DNA of 63,145 bases, the filler included, from Globobulimina sp. (lineage: Eukaryota): NCBI GenBank assembly GCA_003354225.1. It is 16 parts of 16 records of this genome, joined end to end, with 100 filler letters (N's around TTAATTAATTAA, not from the genome) between each part and the next. Parts side by side here need not be neighbours in the genome. Positions count along the whole stretch, not along the records: positions 31,639 to 35,491 come from PIVH01001990.1; positions 35,592 to 39,444 come from PIVH01001991.1; positions 39,545 to 43,397 come from PIVH01001992.1; positions 43,498 to 47,348 come from PIVH01001993.1; 12 more parts are not named here. One strand, given 5' to 3'. The notes beneath the pieces are model-generated. The model did no database searches. It saw nothing but the letters and a program-made list of their open reading frames with translations, and was not told where the DNA came from. Below, one piece after another: positions 33,466 through 44,074 of this stretch. The position numbers and the translations under genes were made by a program. Each line of letters begins with the position of its first letter. Within the stretch, counting starts at the first letter, position 1.

Positions 33466-34586
33466 ATGTCTGACGCTAAAGCACCAGAACCTGAGCCAGA
33501 ACCAGAGCCAGAAGAAGTAAAAGAACAAAAAAAAGACGAAGATGTGGATGCAGATAACAAAGATGACTCCAAAGAGCCAAGTTTCAGACCAGAAAGAATA
33601 CCCAAAGACGATCCAGGCGATGGATTGCCTCAAAAAACACCGGATTTTATAGAATTTAAATGGAACAAAGAAATGAAAACCAAGAAAAAATGTGATACAC
33701 AACACATGCTCTTCTTACTTCAGTTGGCATTGAATTTAGTCCGTTTACGAACCATTGAACGCAACAAATATTTTAAATCCATTGGGCGTACTGATCGCTT
33801 TATAAATCAATTAGATTCGCCGCAAATCATTACCAATTTCCTTGACTGGCATAACGCAGATAAAGAAAAGAATAAATTCGACGGTGAGTTATTAGAAGGA
33901 TCCGAGAAATTATTCATGATCAATGACATGATCAGTGATATCGGTTTGTGTTATTCTATGTTATCTTGTTTGTTTATCCTCGCACAGTGCGAATATCCGT
34001 ATATGTCCCTTCTTATCTCAATATGCCATGTATTGTGTATATAGGTGACACAAAGAAAGGGCCGGCCACCAAAATCTTTACCAAATTGAAGAAAGATGTG
34101 GTGATTGAGACGACGACGTGGTTGGAATTGCCGCAACCAAAGCTAAAATTGAAAAATTGGGGTTATAACAAAATGTATAAAGGCGAGAAGGTGATCGATG
34201 AGTGCACCGTGGAAGAAATCATCCAGTTATTGACCTATGTGAACGATGAGGAGGAGAAGAAAGGGGATGACAAATATGTGCAAGGTGTGTTTGCTGTGGT
34301 TATCGCGCAAAATGAGAAGAAGGGGAAGTCGACGGCATTGGAACAAGAGGCGGAATGGCAAAAGAAAGTGATTAAATTCTTTCGTGATAATAAATTAGAC
34401 GGTAACACCTTCATTACGTCGTCGGTTAAGGTGATATGTCAGAATTGCATGGATGCATTGATAGCGCCGGAGATATTGAATAAAAAAGGAAAACCTGAAA
34501 ATACCAAATTGAGGGGTGGTGTTAATCAAATCTTAAGGGCTCTTAAAAATTGTTATGTCAATGCAATATTAACTGCTTCTAAATAA
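33466..34586 (+). CDS. Hypothetical protein with two divergent SAM-like repeats; intron 33944-34044
   Basis: A GT-AG intron joins the two ORFs in frame; repeated F...DG..(L/F)...K...G...(K/Q)I...LK pattern. Confidence 0.6.
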
Positions 34587-34788
34587 TTAAAAAAACTTTT
34601 AAATTATAAATACATATTAAATACAATTATATTTTTGCTTATTTTTTTGTTTGTTTTTGTTTCGTGTGTAAAGCACTTGTAAATTTGTTTTTTTTTTGTT
34701 TTTTTTTGTTTTTTTTGTTTTTTATTTTTTTTTTTGTTGCTAAATGGATAATGTAGGACAAAATATAAATGTAATTAAAAAATAAAGT

Positions 34789-35491
34789 TTATGTAGCTAG
34801 GTCCGATTCGTTCAAATAAATATTTACAATATAAAAAGCGACACATATTAACATCAATACCACACCATGGAATCGTTTGAAATGTAAACAATATAACATG
34901 GCACATAAATAAATCATAACACCCACCAATATGACACTATTTATCATGTCTAACGGTCTCCATTTCATGGACAATAATATAAATCCACAAATTCCATATG
35001 AAAAATTCAAATTAAAAAACATTTTCCCAATCATTCCACCTAAACCAATCTGAAATTGATTTTTTTTCACAGATTTAACAATTAATGTAATTTCCTCGAT
35101 ATTGGTCACAAACGCAATGATTAAATAACCAAATATAGATTGATTAACCCATGGTATGCGTTCAATTAATTGTTCAGAGGACCAAACTAATAATTCACCA
35201 CCGCCGATCACCATCAATAACCAGAAAATCGAAAATAATATCTTTCTGCTTTTGAGTCGAATACATTTACATTTTAAACACCGTATAAATCCGTTTTCCT
35301 TTTGTTTATCCTCTCCTCTCTCTCTTTTATCTGACGATGAAGAACTCGATGAAGAAGAACTCGATGACTCCGGATCAATAACAATATCCATAGATCTATC
35401 ACTCAAATATCTGTCAATATTCTTCCCAATATATACAACAAAACCAAATGAATTAATACTTGCAGTGATTAACAAATTATATTCATAATCT
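34789..35491 (-). CDS. Cation/Ca2+ exchanger (CaCA, YrbG-like), 5'-partial
   Basis: GGELLV.SS..L, FGYLIIAFVTNIEE (alpha-repeat like), GGMIGKMFFNL. Confidence 0.7.
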
Positions 35492-35591
35492 NNNNNNNNN
35501 NNNNNNNNNNNNNNNNNNNNNNNNNNNNNNNNNNNTTAATTAATTAANNNNNNNNNNNNNNNNNNNNNNNNNNNNNNNNNNNNNNNNNNNN

Positions 35592-35795
35592 TGAAATTAA
35601 TGATAAGATTGCCGGATAAAAAAGTACATGCGACATAATTCTGTCAGGATCATCATCGGAATCATCATCGGAATCATCCAGTGCGCGCCTACAAAGAATA
35701 ACTATTATGATTAACCCAGCACCCAAAATGAGTTCGCAAATTGAAATCAATGCAATGCCAACTCTCCATGGAAGGCAAAAGCAACAGGTCACCAT
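35592..35795 (-). CDS. Small multi-pass membrane protein, tandem paralogue of the next gene, 3'-partial
   Basis: CCFCLPWRVGIALISICELIL resembles the neighbour's RIALISCCELLL. Confidence 0.55.
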
Positions 35796-35930
35796 GCTAA
35801 CATTTGGAAATCAATTTTTAACGGAAAATAACTAAACTAATTTAGTTATCTTGGCTCACGGTACATCTCAAAGATTACTTTAATTTGTTTTAATGCATAA
35901 TTATAGAAACACTAAAAAGTCAAAACAAGA

Positions 35931-36647
35931 TCACATTAAACCAAATAACAGATTGGTGTTTGCTATTTTATGGTCGTGTATTCCTTCCTTATTCGATATA
36001 CATAGCTCATTGCCACCAATGTATTCAATGTCCATTCCATAATTATTACCTTGCCTCATTCTCGCACTCTTACTCTCCTTTATTGACTTTATCTTGATTT
36101 GACCGTTTGTTGTGACTGAGATGCTTTCAATATCAATGTCATGTTTTAATTGTGGCGATACGTGTTGTTTGATTCTGTTGTTATGTGTATTTGAAACACT
36201 ATCTATTTGTTGCGTAAATCCATGAATAATAATATTGAAATAAATGCGTGTTGTTACTAAGACTACACACATCAAACTTATACCAGTCGATGCCAATTGA
36301 AGATGATAATCACTTTCTTTTCCACAAAAAAAGACCGTCTCAATACAGATGCTAAAACAAATAACGCCAAAAAAGCACCAGGCAGTTGTTGTAATAAGAT
36401 AAGAAATTAAAAATGTGAAATTTACTGATTTATGTTTGCTTTCGCAGCATGCGACCATAAAGCCAGAGATGAATGAAATGGTGGATATAATTGCAGCATA
36501 CAGGAATGCGTAAAAAAAAGGAATATGATCTTGTTGATCTTTGCTAGCTGCTATTCTCACATAGCCAGCTATACAAATCAGGAAAGCAGCAAGCAACAAT
36601 TCGCAACATGAAATTAATGCAATTCGTGTTTGTAATGGGTTAGCCAT
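35931..36647 (-). CDS. Four-pass membrane protein of unknown function
   Basis: Four hydrophobic segments; likely ATG at 36647 because upstream starts would overlap the primase gene. Confidence 0.65.
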   Translation of the reverse strand: MANPLQTRIALISCCELLLAAFLICIAGYVRIAASKDQQDHIPFFYAFLYAAIISTISFISGFMVACCESKHKSVNFTFLISYLITTTAWCFFGVICFSICIETVFFCGKESDYHLQLASTGISLMCVVLVTTRIYFNIIIHGFTQQIDSVSNTHNNRIKQHVSPQLKHDIDIESISVTTNGQIKIKSIKESKSARMRQGNNYGMDIEYIGGNELCISNKEGIHDHKIANTNLLFGLM

Positions 36648-36687
36648 TAAGTATAATAAAATTCGATGTAAGTTTTCTATATCAACA

Positions 36688-38211
36688 ATGGCCGCAAACT
36701 TTGAGTTGTGCGGTGATTTTAACCTCTCCATTTACGACCAAAAGCCACAAATGGAAGTAACATTTGATAAATTTGAACAAATTGCGTTATCACGATTGAA
36801 TATGTTACGATGGATTGAAACACAAAAATTACAAAAAAAGCAATCATCATTTGATAAAGGAAACGATTTACTCAATGTGTTGACACAAAACAATCTCACA
36901 AATAACAGACAATACGATAACTTGTCACATTTTATCTGTCGTTTGGCGTTCACGGAAATAAAACAATATTCATCGTGGTTTGTAAAGCACGAAGTCACTT
37001 TATTTGAGTTAAAATGTAAAATGTCGAGCTATGATAAAATGAAAGAGATTGAATGCAAATTATTTAACAATATGACCTATCCATTATATACAGCAAATGA
37101 TATTATTTTGAATGACTTAAATGGTCGATCACCAATTCCCTTTTTTCAATTCAATACATCGCTATCCAATGTATCCAAAACAGCACAGCAGAAACAAGCA
37201 AAATATTTCCCATTTCATATTGTTCCATTCCAAGACTGTCCAAACAAATTCATTGCGAACAGGTTACTTTATATCCGCAACGGATATGGATTTGTTCCAC
37301 ATTTCCTTTTTTCACAAATAATTCGCGATAAATATTCTCAATATTTGCATAAAAAAGTCAGACAAACCAAATATGCATTAAATAAAATGAAGCAAGACAG
37401 CGAAATAATGTTTCAATTATCAAAAGTTATGTATTTGATCAAAAACTTGGATAAAATATCTTCATTTCAGCAGCATATAAATATAAATATAAATAATTGC
37501 GCATTGCCATCCAATGTGAATGTCGTAAATCATTTGAATTTGCATAAATATGTAAACTTATTTCCACTTTGTATGCGATATTCGTATGAATCATTATTAA
37601 ATAATGGCCATTTAAAGAATAACGCTCGAATACAATTGACATTATTTCTTAAAGGCATTGGTTTGCCATTGACCGAATGTTTGATATTTTTTAAGAAGCA
37701 TTTAAAGCAAAAACAAGCAAACTTTGAGAATCATTATGCGTATTTTATCCGTCATCAATATGGAAAAGCTGGCGGCTCCAAAGATTATGCACCATTTTCA
37801 TGCTCCAAAATCATATTAAAAAGTAAAAGTAAAATAAGCAATGATGATAATTATGGATGTCCTTTTCAATTATTTGGGGAGCATTCATTGAAAATGTTTG
37901 TCAGAAAATATTATAATTTGGAATATAATGTATCAAAAAGTAATTATAAAGGAAATATTTGTCAGTTGAAATGCAAAGAATTGTATGGTTTGTTGAATGC
38001 AAGTAAATTAAGAGAAATTGAGATGGATATTGAGGATATTTATTCTTGTTGGAATCATCCAAATAAATACTTTGATGTCAATCATGAGTTACACAGAGGG
38101 AAAGAGACTCAGTTGAAACAGAAATACCATCGAGCTGTCATTCACAAAGGAGCTTCTCAGTCTGCGTCAAAATCTCACCATTCTCATGTTGCAATAAAAT
38201 ATAATGTATAA
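36688..38211 (+). CDS. PRIM2: DNA primase large subunit
   Basis: DNLSHFICRLAF, FPLCMR, HLKNNARIQL.LFLKGIG, Y.IRHQYG, PFSCSKII, GCPF, HPNKYF; four Fe-S cysteines. Confidence 0.93.
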   Translation: MAANFELCGDFNLSIYDQKPQMEVTFDKFEQIALSRLNMLRWIETQKLQKKQSSFDKGNDLLNVLTQNNLTNNRQYDNLSHFICRLAFTEIKQYSSWFVKHEVTLFELKCKMSSYDKMKEIECKLFNNMTYPLYTANDIILNDLNGRSPIPFFQFNTSLSNVSKTAQQKQAKYFPFHIVPFQDCPNKFIANRLLYIRNGYGFVPHFLFSQIIRDKYSQYLHKKVRQTKYALNKMKQDSEIMFQLSKVMYLIKNLDKISSFQQHINININNCALPSNVNVVNHLNLHKYVNLFPLCMRYSYESLLNNGHLKNNARIQLTLFLKGIGLPLTECLIFFKKHLKQKQANFENHYAYFIRHQYGKAGGSKDYAPFSCSKIILKSKSKISNDDNYGCPFQLFGEHSLKMFVRKYYNLEYNVSKSNYKGNICQLKCKELYGLLNASKLREIEMDIEDIYSCWNHPNKYFDVNHELHRGKETQLKQKYHRAVIHKGASQSASKSHHSHVAIKYNV

Positions 38212-38300
38212 CAAAAGTTCGGAGTTCAGACAACATTGAGAGTACAAAGTGCTTTTTTTGGTTTAACTGCAAGTTTTTCTGAGGTAAGTTAGTTGAATGA

Positions 38301-39444
38301 ATGGAAGGGACAAGAATGAATGGAGAAGATAATAAGGATGAAAGCCACGAATTTGAATTTTATGAATGGATGATGTCACAAAAGGCATCCAAATCATTGG
38401 TTAATACTCTCATTGAAAATAGTATTGATACCTTGTATGTGTCCGTCCTATAGACCTAAATCTGTAGAATCATAATTAATATTTTATAAGTTCATAACAC
38501 TGATAACAGCGATGCATTGAAAACACTCGGTGAGATTCATGAATATTTTGAGGAAGCAACAAAAGAAATGGGTATAAAAATAATGGACAAAATTAAATTA
38601 AAAACGATCATAAAAAATATACCAAAAAAACATGTTATGTGCATATTATCTTCTATATACACACTAATATTACTATAATAAGCAGGCAATCGTTGATAAA
38701 GAAGAAACTGAAGCAATCCAAAAAATGGAAAAGAAATTACTATCAATTAAAGATTTAATCCATTTGGCTGGTGCTACCAAACAAAGTTATAATATCATAT
38801 ATATTTTTCCTTTCACAATCATTACAATGCTTAGCGTATATTTAGAAATTGATGAACAAATTGCAGCGCATACAATAGCCATTAAAGCTGTATTTGAAAA
38901 ATGCCATCAATTATTAACAGAAAGAGAAGCAAATCTAATTAAAAAATTGAATGAAATTGGTATTGACAAAAAAAATAAATTAGAAAATACATCAAAAACA
39001 TTAACAAAACAATCAACATTCTCTGAACAAGTTATATGCTTTATTCATTTTTTTGTTTCCCAAATATATGTTTTTAGAAAAAATCCAGATTTATGTTGGA
39101 TCGATTGACAAATACTAAGGAAATATTTGCATTTATTTTTAATTGTATAGATAATTAATTCGTGTCATAAACGATTGAGTAAATCTATTGAACTCAACCA
39201 AATTGAAGCTCGTAAGGTGGATATTTTAAAGCTTGCTGAAGAGATTGCTGATGTTCAAATTATGGCTCAGGAAGATTATGTAATTAGTAACAATAAAATT
39301 GATATTTTAATGGATGAGACATTGATCGTTGAAACCATCAATTCATTTTGTGAGGTAACTGGTGGTGTTATACCGGTATTGTTGTCTGTAAAGAATAATA
39401 AAGATACCACTATTACCATGAAATGGAAATTATTTGGGACTCAA
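38301..39444 (+). CDS. Multi-exon protein: SAM-like domain, coiled coil, possible FN3 start; 3'-partial
   Basis: Several short exons separated by GT-AG introns of about 60-120 nt; IKAVFEKCHQLLTERE coiled-coil pattern. Confidence 0.55.
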
Positions 39445-39655
39445 NNNNNNNNNNNNNNNNNNNNNNNNNNNNNNNNNNNNNNNNNNNNTTAATTAATTAA
39501 NNNNNNNNNNNNNNNNNNNNNNNNNNNNNNNNNNNNNNNNNNNNGCAAAAACAGAACAGACATATAATGCTAATATGAATAATTTTTGAAAAGTTGTCAT
39601 TGCTACGAACTAAACAAACGTGTCCAAAAAAAAACAGCTACGAATTTAAAACAAC

Positions 39656-41227
39656 TCAGTCAATATTTATAATTTTAATTGGCGTAGGTTCCGATGGAAA
39701 TCCTCCAGGTCGATTATGCCAATGTCCATAAGCACCACAATCATGACAATATGGCACTCTTCGACTCACATCTCCTTTCCTTAAATCTTTTACCTTTTCC
39801 CGTCTTTCTTTTGCATGATCCAATATTATATTAAAATCATTCTCCTCATCATTGTGAATTTTATATTTTGGATCAACCAACATACAAATTACAGCTTGTC
39901 TTCTCTTGTCATTCCCATCTCCATTTTGAATGAATCCTAATCGATGTTGTAATTGGTAATTATTCCAAACCACACATCTGCCGCAATTTGTTCCTATACC
40001 AAAATGTTTACCATTTCCATCCTTTTTTATTTCCTTTTTATCCTCCTCATCACATAAATAATTCCACCTGGCGGGTCTTCCAATTTCCTCGACATCGGCA
40101 CTCAATTCTAACATTCCACATTCATTTAATTCATTCAATGTATACAGTATACCAACAGCACAAATGTGTTCAATGTCTTTTATCCCTTCATAATGCCATG
40201 TGGTGCCATAACAACTTCCCTTTGCCATGTTATATTCAATTGCTTTACAAATAATTTGCAATTCGTTGCCGTTTTCGATTAATTTTTGCTGCGTTATATC
40301 CTCAAAATGCGGCAACATTAAACTGATAATATGTTCATAAATTTGAAATAATTTTTGATGTTTTTCTACATTTTTAAATCTATTAATTGAAGAAATAATT
40401 TTGATTTTACATAAAGTGTCATCAATAACTCGTATCGTGGACGGAATCCATTGATATTCATTGTTGATACATTTAACAAACAAAGAGGGATCAATGATAT
40501 CTTCAACTTTGCCATAAATTGTTTTGGAATTTCTATCGACCGGATCTGAGAACCTTGACCGAAGCGTTTTTGATGCGGGGAGACTCCGAACATCTTTTGA
40601 TTCATTGTTCATTTTCGATAAATATTTATAAATCTCTTTCAATTTTGATTCACTCAATAAATTCAATGAAAAGCTGACAGCGATAATACTTTCGTTTAGT
40701 AAACAAAATGAAGCAATAATTTCAATTATTTGTATTGGAATATTTAAACATTTTGATAGAAATTTAATTAAATTATCTGGTGTTAATATTAATGGGATGC
40801 CATGATTATATGATTTATAATTATTGATTGAAAATGTGTTGATTTTATTATTATGTGTATTGATTTGTAGAATATGTCTTGATTTATCATTATAGTTTGA
40901 ATCGATTGGTATTAGTATATTTTTCGTAAAATAATCATGAATCGGTTTAGTTACATTTGACACATACCAATGTTCAATATTCATTAATTTTTGAATTTGT
41001 GCGTCTGCCATATTTTCAAAAGATATACCATCAATGTTGTTTTTTTGAATTATTTTTTTCAATTTTGCTTTATATTCATAACTAATTTCACTGTCAATAA
41101 TGGATAATAATTGTTCAACATTACAGTCTTTTAATTTTTCTGGAAATAAAGTTGAATGTTCTATTATTTGAGAGCTTGGCAAATTTCGCGCAGATGATAT
41201 ATTCTTCTGTTCTTCTGTTTGATCCAT
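39656..41227 (-). CDS. DUF4246-like (putative 2OG-Fe dioxygenase fold) protein with N-terminal SAM-like domain
   Basis: DIIDPSL, YQWIPS, LQIICKA, WHYEG...EHICAVGILY, GRCVVWNN..QHR, LVDP. Confidence 0.75.
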   Translation of the reverse strand: MDQTEEQKNISSARNLPSSQIIEHSTLFPEKLKDCNVEQLLSIIDSEISYEYKAKLKKIIQKNNIDGISFENMADAQIQKLMNIEHWYVSNVTKPIHDYFTKNILIPIDSNYNDKSRHILQINTHNNKINTFSINNYKSYNHGIPLILTPDNLIKFLSKCLNIPIQIIEIIASFCLLNESIIAVSFSLNLLSESKLKEIYKYLSKMNNESKDVRSLPASKTLRSRFSDPVDRNSKTIYGKVEDIIDPSLFVKCINNEYQWIPSTIRVIDDTLCKIKIISSINRFKNVEKHQKLFQIYEHIISLMLPHFEDITQQKLIENGNELQIICKAIEYNMAKGSCYGTTWHYEGIKDIEHICAVGILYTLNELNECGMLELSADVEEIGRPARWNYLCDEEDKKEIKKDGNGKHFGIGTNCGRCVVWNNYQLQHRLGFIQNGDGNDKRRQAVICMLVDPKYKIHNDEENDFNIILDHAKERREKVKDLRKGDVSRRVPYCHDCGAYGHWHNRPGGFPSEPTPIKIINID

Positions 41228-41285
41228 TAAATGTGATGATTTTAGGTTAAAGTTTTTGTGAAAAAAATTAATTTGAAAAACATCA

Positions 41286-42101
41286 ATGAATCTCCGTAGT
41301 GAATACCACCCAGAATTTCTATTTATCCAACATGATGCTTCTTGTCCACCTGAACTGGGAGCTAAAACATTGCAACTAAGAAATATAGATTTTCAAGTTG
41401 TCTATGCAAATTATGCAAATGCATTTAGTCGTATCAATCCAACATTTTTTAAAGGAATTGTTGTTTTAGGGGGACATATTGCTGCATGGGAAGATGATAA
41501 ATATCCATGGTTAAGAGCTGAAAAGTTATTTCTGAAACAAGCATTGGATTTAAATACACCAATTCTTGGCATTTGTTTGGGAGCGCAAATATTAGCCAAT
41601 ATAATTGGTGGTAATAACTATGTTGGTGATAAAGGAAAACAATTTGGTTATTATGATGTGAAATGGACTGCAGAATCTTATAATGATGTGTTTTGCGAAT
41701 ATATTCGAAGCTATAAATTACATAAAACGATGCCATATTCTCATGGCGACACATTCTCATTGCCACAAAAACGATTTTATCTCACACCAAATGGAAATAA
41801 ATTGTCGATTAATATTTTAGCCACAACGAATGCGCCATATATTGCAATCTTTGGTGTTGGTGACTTTTGTTATGGAATACAAGCACATCCAGAAAGTGAT
41901 AATGAGCTTCATAATGTATTTATATGTTTAGATGGAGAGGACATGTATGCAAATGGTCAAAATCCAGATGTTTTACGGAATGATTCCAAATCGCAAATGA
42001 TGGAACAGGATAAAAATGGATGCAAATTACTTGGGAAATGGTTTGATTTGTGTTTGCAAAAAGCATCCAATCATAAACACAATATTCAGTGCAAATTATA
42101 A
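41286..42101 (+). CDS. Class I glutamine amidotransferase-like protein
   Basis: VVLGG, YPWL..E, nucleophile elbow PILGICLGAQ, HGD, GIQAHPE. Ends CKL. Confidence 0.9.
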   Translation: MNLRSEYHPEFLFIQHDASCPPELGAKTLQLRNIDFQVVYANYANAFSRINPTFFKGIVVLGGHIAAWEDDKYPWLRAEKLFLKQALDLNTPILGICLGAQILANIIGGNNYVGDKGKQFGYYDVKWTAESYNDVFCEYIRSYKLHKTMPYSHGDTFSLPQKRFYLTPNGNKLSINILATTNAPYIAIFGVGDFCYGIQAHPESDNELHNVFICLDGEDMYANGQNPDVLRNDSKSQMMEQDKNGCKLLGKWFDLCLQKASNHKHNIQCKL

Positions 42102-42235
42102 AATATTTATTAGTGTGCAAGATCGCCTCAAACACAACCAATTAATCGGCTGCATTGGTTGAAGCACACACTAATATTTAGAGAGACATGCTTGAGCGAA
42201 GTGGAATTTTAATTAAAACTTAACCGCTAGACAGC

Positions 42236-43397
42236 ATGGCCATGGACATTGATGTTAAAAACGTGTTAAACGTGGTCTACCCCAAAAACAAGACTGATTC
42301 CATCGGCTACGACGCCATTGGCATTTGTCGCATCAACTTAGACAAAAACGACAGCCGCAACAAGGAAAAATGCGCCTTTTCCCAATTTCTGTTAGGTGAT
42401 TGCGACTCGATTGGATGTATTATTTATAGCATCTGTAACGCGAATGGCAATCAATGGTATCCCTTATGCAAACAACATATTTTTGATGTGGATTATTTAC
42501 GCACTTGGATTGACTTAAAAGGCTGTGAATATATCCAATGTCCGTTATGCAAAACGGGTATAACCGAACAAAAAGAACATATCCAAGAGCATGACATTGA
42601 TTCTATGGAACAATTAGTTGAACGAAGGTTAGCCTCCAAAAAAGAAAATGACTTAAATATGACGTATCATATCGAACAATTAATATTAGACAAAGCCTGT
42701 TCTTCGCGTTGGGACCGCCATCAAAATGAAAATAAAATCTTATACAACCAAGACATATTACGGCAAGTCTTAAATCACTGGATAAGCAAGAAAAAAATGG
42801 AAGAATTTCGCCATAAAATTATAGAATCGACCAAGAAATGTATCAGCAATGACAGCTATCAAATTTTGAAAATAATATTAAAATATTGTGGCTATGATAG
42901 CATCAAAACGCACAACAATTCGACGATAATCTTATTTATAAATACTGCGGCGAGATATGCTGCGTTTGATTGCATTAAATTGTTATTAAAATATCCACAG
43001 AAATTAGATTGGAGCGAAGAGAAACGACCATTGGTATTATTGAATGCGGTCAAATTCCATCCGGAAAATATTGAGATTATAAATTTTATAATGCAGCAAT
43101 TGGAGACGTTGAAGATTTCCTTTGTTTGCGATGATGTGATGGAACAAGTGATTAAATTTGATTTGGTGGACATTGCAAAGCGAATTGTCAATAATCGATG
43201 GCATAAAATCAATGAAAAAGATGAGAAGTTTGCGAAACATATAAATTTAAATTGTTATTTGTATCTTGAAGAAAGATCGAATGCGTTTAATTTTAATGCG
43301 GGTCAAATGAATTGCGATGATGGTAATCAGTTGGATTGGGACGATGAGTGGGCCGCAGATCCAGAGGCCAAAAATGACAATGATGACGAGGATGGAT
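42236..43397 (+). CDS. RING/U-box-like plus ankyrin-like repeat protein, 3'-partial
   Basis: CKQHIF...LRTW...CPLCK; TAARYAAFDCIKLLLKY. Confidence 0.6.
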
Positions 43398-43497
43398 NNN
43401 NNNNNNNNNNNNNNNNNNNNNNNNNNNNNNNNNNNNNNNNNTTAATTAATTAANNNNNNNNNNNNNNNNNNNNNNNNNNNNNNNNNNNNNNNNNNNN

Positions 43498-44000
43498 AAA
43501 GGGGGAGGACTCTCAAATCCTTCTTCAAAGATTGCGTCTCAACTTGCTCATATTGCCATTTTTCAAATTCACTTCGCGCTCTAGATCTTCTTCCGATGCA
43601 TTGTACGAATACGACTCAGACTTTCTTTCTTGTTCACGTTCCCGCTCTTTCATAGAGGACACATTCTGTTTGACACTGCTTTGCTTCACTCGACGCATCG
43701 GGGACAGTGAGGAAGTCTAAAATTAATCGATTGCCCACTAATTCTGGATTGGATAGGATTTTCTGCAAATATTCTTCTAATTCTTTTTGTCGCTTTGAAA
43801 CCACGTCGGGAGCTTTGGCGGGAGATTTAATTTTTACGTTTAATGATTTAATTTTTGAAGTTGCGTGTAAATTATCAAAATCACGAGAACGTTTGTATAA
43901 TAACCACGGCATTGTGGAGGACGATCGAACTTCCATTCATAGATTGTGTAAGGTCGTTTGCCACGCACTGCGTTTGAGGCTCTAAATTTTACACAAGTAA
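43498..44000 (-). pseudogene. Frameshifted PX-domain gene remnant
   Basis: RPYTIYE shifts frame into MEVRS..WLLYKRSRDFDNLH...RQKELEEYLQKIL...LILDFL; further shifts and stops downstream. Confidence 0.6.
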
Positions 44001-44074
44001 ATCGCTCAGGGTTACAAAAAGAGTTTAAGTGAAAAATGCTAAAACCTAATATGAAATCCAAAATATGTGATACC

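Noticed and set aside
34680-34740. T-rich tract as a terminator
   Set aside because: Simple low-complexity sequence between convergent eukaryotic genes; no hairpin.
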